Assembly (NCBI GenBank): GCA_963817385.1
Contig: CAWFOM010000001.1
Location: forward strand, 192,001-256,000
From: an uncultured delta proteobacterium
GTDB lineage: Bacteria; Desulfobacterota; Syntrophia; Syntrophales; UBA5619
DNA: 64,000 bases
Direction: 5' to 3'
The notes under the pieces were generated by a model. It saw nothing but the letters and a program-made list of their open reading frames with translations, was not told where the DNA came from and made no database searches. Shown one piece after another: positions 39,859 to 49,856 of this stretch; positions within the stretch are counted from its first letter, which is position 1, and every line of letters begins with the position of its first letter. The position numbers and the translations under genes were made by a program.

Positions 39859-40581
39859 CTAAGCGTCCGCCTTCGGCCTGCCCAATCCCAGATTGACTTT
39901 TGCGTTGGGAGACAACTGATACCCCAGCCGCGCCAGGGCCTCTATATTGGGTATGGTGCCGTCGGGATCCAATCTGTTGATAACGGATACGGAAAACACC
40001 GTGTCCGTTGCCAATGCGGAGCTTTCCTCCAGGGCCTTCACGAGTTCTTCCAGCCGCGACGGTTCGATCAGGAATTCAATGATCGCGCTCAACACCCGTT
40101 CATCTTTGACCTCTTCCTTAAAAATGGCCTTTTTCGTATCCTCCATGAGGCTTGTCAGGGGGTTCAGCGGCTCGAACTCGACGCCAAGCCGCGCGAAGGG
40201 AGCGGCGATCTTCTCGATGTTGCGGATTGTTTCGCCGACGCCCGGTCTCCCCACTTCAACCGCGATACCTATCTGTCCCCGTTTGTACCGGCCGGTTACA
40301 TCGTTGCTCTTCATTTCCGAAGTGCCGCGCCCCCATCCGCCGGTCGTCGCCGAATGCGGTGCATTCGGATCGCTGAATACCCTTCTGATGATGCGCGGCC
40401 AGGGAAAGTCAGGCTCCTGTTTGAATGCCTCCACCGGACATCTCTTCGCCCGATAGCACACACCGCATTCGACGCACTTCTCTTTATCGATCTCTGCATG
40501 GTCCGATTCCAACGCTATGGCGGCCACGGGACAAACGGGCAGGCAATCGCCGCATCCGATACAGAGCTCTTTGTCTATCAT
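39859..40581 (-). CDS. 2x[4Fe-4S] ferredoxin-domain protein, module copy 1 (intact)
   Basis: CIGCGDC..CP, CVECGVC..CP, GRGTSEMKSNDVTGR and PNAKVNLGLGRP motifs. Confidence 0.9.
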   Translation of the reverse strand: MIDKELCIGCGDCLPVCPVAAIALESDHAEIDKEKCVECGVCYRAKRCPVEAFKQEPDFPWPRIIRRVFSDPNAPHSATTGGWGRGTSEMKSNDVTGRYKRGQIGIAVEVGRPGVGETIRNIEKIAAPFARLGVEFEPLNPLTSLMEDTKKAIFKEEVKDERVLSAIIEFLIEPSRLEELVKALEESSALATDTVFSVSVINRLDPDGTIPNIEALARLGYQLSPNAKVNLGLGRPKADA

Positions 40582-40619
40582 ACCTCCGCACCTCCTCGAA
40601 TTAAGATTCCCAGCCCCTG

Positions 40620-41597
40620 CTATGCTTTGATCCGATCCGCTTCGGGCAGGGGTTCTCCCCGTTCCACCCGCATGATATTGTCGAACGAATGGCCGACGAT
40701 CCGTTTCATTGTGTCCACCGTGCCGCCGCCGTTGTGCGGGGTCACCACCACATTGTCCATCCGGAGCAGCGGATTGTCACGCTCGGGAGGTTCCTTGGCG
40801 AAGACGTCAAGCCCCGCCCCGGCGATCGTCCCCTTTTCGAGTGCCGCGATGAGCGCCGGTTCGTCAACGACGCCTCCCCGGGCGGTGTTGATGAGAATGG
40901 CCGACGGCTTCATCACGGCAAACGCCTCCGCCCCGATCAATCCCCGTGTCTCAGGCGTTAACGGAACATGGAGCGAGACGATATCCGACTGACGGAGAAG
41001 ATCCTCCCGGGGCGTGTACGTCATCCCCATGGCCGTCTCCGTTTCCTGCGGCAACCGGACGAGGTCAGTGTACAGGACCCGGCATTCGAAACCGTGGCTG
41101 AGCCTCTTCGCCACGGCCCGTCCGATGGCCCCTCCTCCGATCAGGCCCACCGTTTTTTGCCACAGCTCGTAGCAGCCGGCCCTCAGCTCCCACTTGAGCC
41201 ACTGTCCGGCGCGCAGGGTGTTGTGGGCCACGGGCAGTCGCTTGTATGAGGCGAGCATCAGGGTGATGGCCGTCTCCGCCACCGCTACGGCGTTCACGCC
41301 GGCGGCGATGCAGACGGGCACGCCGCGCCGGGCCGCGGTCTTGAGATCGATCTTGTCCACGCCGATCCCATACTTCTGGATCAGCTTGAGCTTCGGGGCC
41401 GCCTCGATCACCGCACCCGAAACCGGGGTCCAGGAGCAGAGGATGTAATCCGCCTCACGAACCCTCGCCACCTGCTCCTCCTCGCTCGAGGTCTCTGCAA
41501 ATACCAGATCCAGGCCTGCCGGCTTCTGAGCAGTCACCAGATCCTGCATGGCGGAGGGAAGGACATCCAGACATAACACCAAGGGCTTCTTAACCAC
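40620..41597 (-). CDS. D-isomer 2-hydroxyacid dehydrogenase
   Basis: GLIGGGAIG, LHVPL, INTARG, LDVF.EP and TPH motifs. Confidence 0.93.
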   Translation of the reverse strand: MVKKPLVLCLDVLPSAMQDLVTAQKPAGLDLVFAETSSEEEQVARVREADYILCSWTPVSGAVIEAAPKLKLIQKYGIGVDKIDLKTAARRGVPVCIAAGVNAVAVAETAITLMLASYKRLPVAHNTLRAGQWLKWELRAGCYELWQKTVGLIGGGAIGRAVAKRLSHGFECRVLYTDLVRLPQETETAMGMTYTPREDLLRQSDIVSLHVPLTPETRGLIGAEAFAVMKPSAILINTARGGVVDEPALIAALEKGTIAGAGLDVFAKEPPERDNPLLRMDNVVVTPHNGGGTVDTMKRIVGHSFDNIMRVERGEPLPEADRIKA

Positions 41598-41712
41598 GGG
41601 CTCCTCCTCTTCTTGTCACCAGCCACCATTGGACGAAGATCAGATCTGCCGGCGGCAACGCCGGATCGAATGCGATCGAGATCGCAGGTTCGTTTACGGA
41701 GCTCCCATCCGC

Positions 41713-42388
41713 TCAGGCGGGGAGTATTTCGCTGTAATGTTTGATAATCACCCGGCCCCCGTTTTCAATATGCTCGCTCATCAGCCTGCCGGCCAACTCG
41801 GCGTCTCCCGCCTCTATGGCATCCACGATGTGTCGGTATTCCTGTGACGGTTTTTCAAAGCGATAGCTGAGCCGCTGGCTCTTGGGAAATTGGTTGTAGA
41901 GTTCACTGATCCAGCGGATCAGTTTTGCTGATCCGCATCGGTTGTAGATGGTGGAATGGATTTCACGGGCCAGAGGGGGCAGTTCATCGTGACGGCCGGC
42001 CTGGGCAGTATTCAGCCAGTTGAGCGATCACCGCTCTGAGTCTGGCGATCTCTTCCGGCGTGACGTGCGGGGTGGCCAGCTTCGTCGCGAAACCCTCGAG
42101 GAGCGATCGCAGCATGAAGGACTCCCGCACCTGGTCAATGGTGAGACGCATCACCCGTGCACCCTGGTAGGGCGCCCGTTCGACCAGCCCCTCTGCTTCG
42201 AGACGGGCCAGCGCCTCCCGCACCGGGATACGGCTTACCCCGAGGCGGGTGGCCAGTTGGGCTTCGAGCAGCCGCGTCCCGGGAGGGATATTCCCCAAAA
42301 CGATGGCTTCACGGATGCGCTCAGCCACCTGCTCCGCAGTGCCCCGCGGTCCCGTCAGGTTGTTGATACTGTCGATGCCTGTTTCCAC
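41713..42388 (-). CDS. GntR-family regulator with FCD domain (frameshift near 42010)
   Basis: LGVSRIPVREAL HTH; C-terminal HIVDAIEAGDAELAGRLMSEHI in the next frame. Confidence 0.88.
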
Positions 42389-42453
42389 TTTTGCCCTCCG
42401 TGGCGTTGGAGCCCGGGATCACTGCATTTTTTACCGAGGAGACACGGCTGAAG

Positions 42454-42470
42454 GTATATTGTATACACCA
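42454..42470. promoter_or_regulatory. Putative GntR operator
   Basis: Palindrome TGTATACA at 42460-42467 upstream of the regulator; fits GT-N-AC GntR boxes. Confidence 0.5.
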
Positions 42471-42591
42471 TTCAATTGCGCAATACCCGTAAGTCACTCC
42501 GATAAACTTGTCAAGCACTTTTTCAGAACCGGCAAAGACGATATCGCTCTTACACCCTGCCCCCCGTTTCCGAACGGCGCCGGGAGAGGGA

Positions 42592-42630
42592 ATTGAAGCT
42601 CGCCGCGGCAAGCCGGAGGGAAGCTACAAT
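42592..42630. repeat. REP-like palindrome copy E (degenerate)
   Basis: ATTGAAGCTCGCCGCGGCAAGCCGGAGGGAAGCTACAAT. Confidence 0.65.
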
Positions 42631-44247
42631 TCCCTGACAGCGTCGAATTGCTGCGGATAGGGCGAGGGATCGATTCGCGCCTCGATGATTTTCGGCAGAC
42701 CATCGTCGGCGTTCAGGGCGCTGGCAAGGGCGCCCCGCAACTCTTCTTCCGTATCCACACTCCACGTCGGGATACCAAAACTCTTCCCCAAATCCCGGTA
42801 GTTCGGCCTGGTGAAAGCGGTCCCTCTCGGAACCTCGTAGTTCTTTTTGATCTGCTTGACGTCGATCAGGCTTAGCCTGCCATCCGAGAAAATGACCATC
42901 ACGATGGGCAGGCGGTACTGCATCGCCGTCGACAATTCGGGAAGGCGCATCATGAACCCGCCATCGCCGCACAGTGAGACAATTTTTCTCTTCGGTTCAT
43001 GCAGTTGCAGGGCCAGGGCCGCGGGGATGGCGTACCCCATCGTCGCCAATCCGTTCGACATGAAGAAACTCCCGGGCATCAATGCATCCCAGAGCTCGAT
43101 GACCAGGAGTTTGTTTGCGCCGACATCGATCGTCAGAAATGCCTCCTTCGGGGTCAGGTCACGGGTGGCGTTTATAACCTGGACAGCCGACAGACCGTCA
43201 ACCTTGAAATCGAGCACCCCTCGGGTATTGTCGCGGTATGCAACCATCTCCTCTGCCCGCCAGTGGGATTCAACATCAGGACACTCGTCATATAGCCTCT
43301 TTAGCGTCGAGGCGATTTCACCGACCAATTCAATTTCCGCATGGTAACTTTCTTCGGTATTCGGCACCATATCGATATACACAATGGGCTGCCGGTAATT
43401 CCATTTCTTCGGCAGCAGTTCCACCGGGTCCAGCCCGATGACGATTAACAGATCGCTCTTTTCAATGATCCGCTGCTCCAGGTTTCCCCCCATAAACACC
43501 CCGAGAGACCAGGGGTGATTGTCCGGCAGCGAACCCTTTACCTTGGCCGTTTTGAACGTCGGGATATTGAACCGCTCGACGAAATTTTGCAAATGCCCGT
43601 ACACTTCCCTCTTTGCCGCCGTTATCCCCAGCCCGACGATCACTACCGGTCGTTTCGCCCTGCAAATCCTCTCCAATCCTGATTTTAAGCATGCTGAATT
43701 TACTTCCGGCCAAAACTCCTCCGGCCTGACGGTATTTCCCGGGTCCGATATCTCCGCCTTTGACAGGTCATTCGGAAAATCGATATGTACCGGGCCTTTT
43801 CTCGGCATCATCGCCACCCGCAATCCCCGCGCCACCATCTCGGACCAGTTTGTCTTCGTCAGTCCGGCCGACAGTTTTGTAAACGGTTTGAAGAGATCAT
43901 TGTGATATACCTTTTGACGGTAGGCCAGATCGACCAGTCTCAGACCCGTACCGGTCGGTAAAAGCGACCACCGGAGACCTGTCCAGGGAGGCCTGCGCCA
44001 ACCCATTGCACAGGTTCAAGGCGCCCGGCCCCAGGGTGGAAAGACAGATGCCGGGAACTCCGGTCACATCCCCGAGAACACCCGCCATAATCGCAGCGGA
44101 CGTCTCATGCTGCGTTAAGATAAACTTGATTCCTTCATCCTCCGAAGTGTTTATCAGGTCGGCGGAACTTCCGCCCCCCGGTATGCCAAACAGAAAATCA
44201 ACCCCGGAACCCTTGAGCATTTTACTTACTGCCTGGGACATGTTCAT
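42624..44247 (-). CDS. ThDP-dependent enzyme (acetolactate synthase-like superfamily), frameshift near 43950
   Basis: FGIPGG, HETSAA, TLGPGA.N, MGYAIP and GDGG motifs. Confidence 0.9.
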
Positions 44248-44296
44248 ACAACCATTCCTGCCTTTCCTATCAATTCGTTTTCGGACATCACTGCCA

Positions 44297-45450
44297 TCAT
44301 TTCCCGGACTTATAGATTTTTTCGGACACGTAGACACGCCCGTCCATGATCCGCCGGGCCGTCCGGCCCACCGTGCAACTGATGATGACCGGCCCGTCTT
44401 TCCTGAATTGCGCATCCACCTTCAGATCCATCCTCCCTGACGGGTGACCGATGACGATCTGGGCTCCTGCCGACACCGGTGAATCCTCCCGATACCACCC
44501 GATTGACCACGGAATCCGGAATGACCGCCGCAATAGCCGCCGGGATGCCTGCGGTTATCGCGAAGGTCTTGTGCATCTTCCCCATGGCCATCAGGCGGGC
44601 CAGCAGGCTGACCGACCCTTTCCCGATCGTTTCCCCCGTTGACGTCCGGAAATCCCGGGCGGCGGCGATGAAGGCGATTTTCGGAATGGACTGGCTCACC
44701 GGTATCCCCATCAATTCACCGACCTTCTTCCGGATGGCCTCCAGCTTCGTCCGTGTGGCCGTATCCTTATCGAATTCCGCCGGGAGTTCGTCCCCCCGGA
44801 GCTTCAAGTCTTCGGCACGGATAAACGCCGTCGGGTTGCCCGCATCGACGATGGTCGCGGCATACCTCTCCCCCGACGCCAGTATCACCTCGTCCACCGC
44901 GTGTCCGGTGGGGAGAAGCCTCCCGGTGGTCGCCCCGCCCGGGTCCATGAAACTCAGCTCGATCCTGGCTGCGGTCCCCGGACAGCCGGCGATCTCGTAA
45001 TCGCCGTCCGGGGCGAATCTTCCCTTCCTCACCGGGACTTTCGCATGAATCATCTTCTTCGTATTGGTGTTGTAGATGCGAACGACGGTGAAGGGCTCGA
45101 TTGCTTTCACCAACCCCTTGTCGACCGCGTACGGCCCGACCGCCGAGCTGATATTTCCGCAATTGGCCGAGTAATCGACGAAGGCCTTCTCGATCCCCAC
45201 CGCCCCGAAGGTGTAGTTGATGTCGCGACCCGGCTCCGCCGCGGGAGCGATGAGAGCCAGCTTGCTCGTGAGGGAATCCGCCCCGCCCAAACCGTCGATC
45301 TGGCGGAGATCCGGACTTCCGAAAATGGCCAGGATGATCCGGTCCCGCAGCGCCGCATCCCGCGGCAGATCCTTTTCCATCAGGAAAATCCCCTTGCTCG
45401 TTCCGCCCCGCATGATCGTGCACGGGTAGGTGGTTTTTTTCCGCACTCAT
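44297..45450 (-). CDS. PrpF/methylitaconate isomerase family (frame breaks at both ends)
   Basis: MRGGTSKG, QIDGLGG..LTSK, NCGN, DAGNP, GHPSG and RTARRIMDG motifs. Confidence 0.92.
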
Positions 45451-45796
45451 TCCTCCTTGTTCCATGAATGGAGACGCCCTCGGACACCACGCGCCGGGCA
45501 TCTCCGCCCGACCGCTCGCGTGGACATGCTTATGAGAGCAGCTCAGTGAGTTCGGGTAACGTTTTCCATAAGGGCTTTCACCTATAATCCATGAAGGATC
45601 TTGGGTTATTTTTGAAAAGGGGATGCACGATAAGGAACTAAATCATAGTTGCGATAGCACCGCAGTGCAATGCCTGTCAAGAAAATATTCCCGGCGTAAA
45701 CGCTGGGTGGTCCTGATTCCGAATTTACTGCTTGAACTTGAGAAAGAAAGGGGATATACAGCGCCATACTCTTAAAACATATGAGGAACAGCGTTC

Positions 45797-46636
45797 ATGG
45801 CTATGATGTTGAAAGATTCTTTACAGACCATACAAACCCATAAGGCTCTGAGCCCCCACTATACGGAGCTCTTGGAAATTCTTGAGGAGATCCTGATCCT
45901 GCGAGAGGAGTACCGCCGCCGGATGAAGACGGAGATCTTTCCCGTCGAGAAAAAGCTCATTGCCGCAAAAGTAGCGGGGGGGCTTCCCCTCGTGGATTTT
46001 TCATCCGTCAACTTCGACCTCGCGGAACCCAGAGACTATTTCTTAGCCCTGCTGGAGATCGCGGAGAAGCGATCGCCCGGGGAAACGGGAGAAATGGCGA
46101 GGAAAATCGGAGACGGCGAGATCAGCTTCAACGACCTGATCTACGAATCCTTCAATCCTCTGCCCCTGGAAGAAGAGGCGGCAGCGGATGAAGAGGGTGA
46201 GGACTCGTTCGATCTTGTGGAGCTCTTCATCGAAGAGAGTCTGAGACCGGCCCTGGAAAAAGTCGTAGAAGTTTACGGCGACACCGTCGGGAAGATGGAA
46301 TGGTCGGAGGGTTACTGCCCCATCTGCGGGCGTGAACCCAAGATCGGTGAGATCCGGGATGAAGAGGGAACCCGCTACCTCTTCTGCAACCAGTGCGGCT
46401 TCGAGTGGTGTTATCGGCAGATCAAATGCCCCTTCTGCGGCAACGAGGAACAGCAGACCCTCGCCTATTTCACGATCGAAGAGGATGACCGGTACCGGGT
46501 CGACGTATGTAACGAGTGCAAGCGGTACATAAAGATCGTCGACTTTAGGAATACGAGGGAAAAGCCGGACCTGGACGTGGAGGATATCGCCACGCTCCAT
46601 CTTGATATGCTCGCCAATGATGAGGGCTACGATTAG
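45797..46636 (+). CDS. fdhE: Formate dehydrogenase accessory protein FdhE
   Basis: CPICG, CNQC..EW, CPFCG, CNECKRYIK and DIATLHLD motifs. Confidence 0.9.
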   Translation: MAMMLKDSLQTIQTHKALSPHYTELLEILEEILILREEYRRRMKTEIFPVEKKLIAAKVAGGLPLVDFSSVNFDLAEPRDYFLALLEIAEKRSPGETGEMARKIGDGEISFNDLIYESFNPLPLEEEAAADEEGEDSFDLVELFIEESLRPALEKVVEVYGDTVGKMEWSEGYCPICGREPKIGEIRDEEGTRYLFCNQCGFEWCYRQIKCPFCGNEEQQTLAYFTIEEDDRYRVDVCNECKRYIKIVDFRNTREKPDLDVEDIATLHLDMLANDEGYD

Positions 46637-46660
46637 CCTTCCCGCTGTCAGAGAACGCCC

Positions 46661-47317
46661 ATGGACGACCGACATATGGCGGAGATCATCCGCCTTCTCG
46701 AACGAGAGCTCGAACAACGGGAACTCCCCATCGTCTCGCAGTTGGCCGAGGAGCGCCGCGACCCCTTTAAGATCCTGATCTCCACGCTCCTGAGCCTCCG
46801 GACCAAGGACGAGGTGACGGCGGTGGCCACGGAAAGGCTCTTTGCTCTGGCCTCAACACCGCAAGAGATGCTCCGGCTTTCCGAGGAGAAGATCAGAAGG
46901 GCGATCTACCCCGTCGGATTCTACCGGACCAAGGCCGAAACGATCCGTCATGTCTGCCGCGATCTGATCGACCGGTTTCACGCTCAAATCCCCGACACCC
47001 TCGACGCGCTCCTGACGCTCAAGGGGGTGGGGCGAAAGACGGCCAACCTTGTCGTCGCGCTCGGGTTCCACGGCGACGGTCTCTGCGTGGACACCCATGT
47101 GCACAGGATCTCCAACCGCTTGGGCTACGTCCGCACCAAAACCCCCGAAGAGACGGAGTTCGCCCTTCGGGAGAAACTCCCCCGGAAATACTGGCTGCGA
47201 TACAACACCCTTCTGGTCGCCTTCGGAAGGAACACCTGCCGCCCCCTGTCACCGTTCTGCAGCAGCTGCCCGGTGGCGGTGTATTGCGACCGGGTCGGCG
47301 TGACGAAGAGCCGCTGA
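46661..47317 (+). CDS. nth: Endonuclease III
   Basis: HhH LKGVGRKTAN, VDTHVHR and C-X6-C-X2-C-X5-C. Confidence 0.95.
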   Translation: MDDRHMAEIIRLLERELEQRELPIVSQLAEERRDPFKILISTLLSLRTKDEVTAVATERLFALASTPQEMLRLSEEKIRRAIYPVGFYRTKAETIRHVCRDLIDRFHAQIPDTLDALLTLKGVGRKTANLVVALGFHGDGLCVDTHVHRISNRLGYVRTKTPEETEFALREKLPRKYWLRYNTLLVAFGRNTCRPLSPFCSSCPVAVYCDRVGVTKSR

Positions 47318-47374
47318 AGAGCGTGTTTCCGGTCTGATGGCACAAGCGTGCCGGGAAGGAGAGTATCCTTCCCA

Positions 47375-47402
47375 TTGACACGGTTCTAGATGGTGATACA
47401 AT
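47375..47402 (+). promoter_or_regulatory. gap promoter
   Basis: TTGACA-16-TACAAT with TG extension. Confidence 0.7.
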
Positions 47403-47411
47403 CCGTTCTAA

Positions 47412-48470
<1,059 letters not shown>

Positions 48471-48500
48471 GAGAGGGGAAGATGATAAGGAGGTGTGCAC

Positions 48501-49781
48501 ATGGGAAAAGTTGAGGTTTTTGAAAAGAAGCGGCCCGTTCTCGGGATCAACAGCTTGGGGAGGATCGGCAAGCTTACCCTGTGGCATCACATCGGGAGAA
48601 AATATTTTCAGGAAATCGTCGTCAATGTCGGAAGATCGGTCGGCACCGGGCTTCCCGCCATAGCGCAGCTGATCGAAAAGGATGCCACCTATGGATCCAT
48701 CCACAAGTTCCTGTACGGCATCAAGGCGGAAAGGATGATTCAGATCGTCGATGAGAAGAAGGGCGCGCTCCTCATCGACGGCATCCCGGTGACCATCCTG
48801 CGCGAGGCGCGAAATCCCGCCGATATCGGCTGGCGGAACCACGGCGTTGATGTGGTCGTGGAATGCACCGGCAAATTTCTGGACCCCACCCTGGCGCCCG
48901 ATGAAAAAAGCGGCTCCGTGAAGGGACATCTCGCCGGGGGTGCAAAGGTGGTTATCAACTCCTCGGCTTTCAAAATAAAAAACAAGGCCCTCTCCATTCC
49001 CCCGGAAGCCGCAACCCTCATTTACGGGATCAACCATACCGCCTTTAACTATAAGAAGCATCAGGTAATCTCAGCTGCTTCCTGCACCACAACGGGGCTC
49101 GCGCACATGATCAAGCCGCTCCTCGCCAATGAAGCGACCCGGAAAATCCTCACCGCATCCATGTCGACGGTTCACGCGGTTACCAACTCGCAGAGCATCC
49201 TCGATAAGACGCCGAAGGCCGGCGAAAAGGATCTGCGGAAAAGCAGAAGCACGCTGAACAATATCATCCTGACTTCCACCAATGCCGCCGATGCTTTGAG
49301 CCAGGTGATTCCGGAGGTGAAAAACATCGGTTTCATGGCGGACTCCATCAGGGTGCCGACCAATACGGAATCGTTGATTATCCTGAATGTCACCTTTCAA
49401 ACCCGGTCGGACAAAGGCGGCAAAAACGCCCCGCTTTCGGCGGAGATGATCAATGAGATCTACAAGAAGGCCTCCGAAAATGATCCCGAGCATCTGGTTC
49501 ATTTTTCCGCAGAGCAGAACGTATCGACCGATCTGATCGGCATGGATGCGGCCATCGTCATCGAAGGACAATTCAACCACACCCGAACGGCGTTCATCGA
49601 TATCGATCTCTCCGCCGTCCCCGATCTGCCGGATGCCTTTCTCGGGACGTTATCCCGATCGACCATGCAGATCCCCGTTGTCCACGCGAAACTGTTCGGC
49701 TGGTATGACAATGAATACGGCAGCTACACGAACAGGCTCGGCGATCTGACCGCGTACATCCATAAAAGTCTCTTCCCATAA
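48501..49781 (+). CDS. Divergent GAPDH-family protein
   Basis: GINSLGRIG, SAASCTTTGL and WYDNEYG motifs; about 90 aa longer than gap. Confidence 0.88.
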   Translation: MGKVEVFEKKRPVLGINSLGRIGKLTLWHHIGRKYFQEIVVNVGRSVGTGLPAIAQLIEKDATYGSIHKFLYGIKAERMIQIVDEKKGALLIDGIPVTILREARNPADIGWRNHGVDVVVECTGKFLDPTLAPDEKSGSVKGHLAGGAKVVINSSAFKIKNKALSIPPEAATLIYGINHTAFNYKKHQVISAASCTTTGLAHMIKPLLANEATRKILTASMSTVHAVTNSQSILDKTPKAGEKDLRKSRSTLNNIILTSTNAADALSQVIPEVKNIGFMADSIRVPTNTESLIILNVTFQTRSDKGGKNAPLSAEMINEIYKKASENDPEHLVHFSAEQNVSTDLIGMDAAIVIEGQFNHTRTAFIDIDLSAVPDLPDAFLGTLSRSTMQIPVVHAKLFGWYDNEYGSYTNRLGDLTAYIHKSLFP

Positions 49782-49856
49782 GACGATGGGGCATCGGAGG
49801 ATGAACTCCCGGGGACGTTCCACGGTGGGGTGCGGGAACGGGGAACCTGAGAAAGA

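Noticed and set aside
20604..45450. Assigning the cluster to nicotinate fermentation or the methylcitrate cycle
   Set aside because: A PrpF/Mii-like gene is present, but nicotinate dehydrogenase, enamidase, methyleneglutarate mutase, PrpC and AcnD are not recognisable
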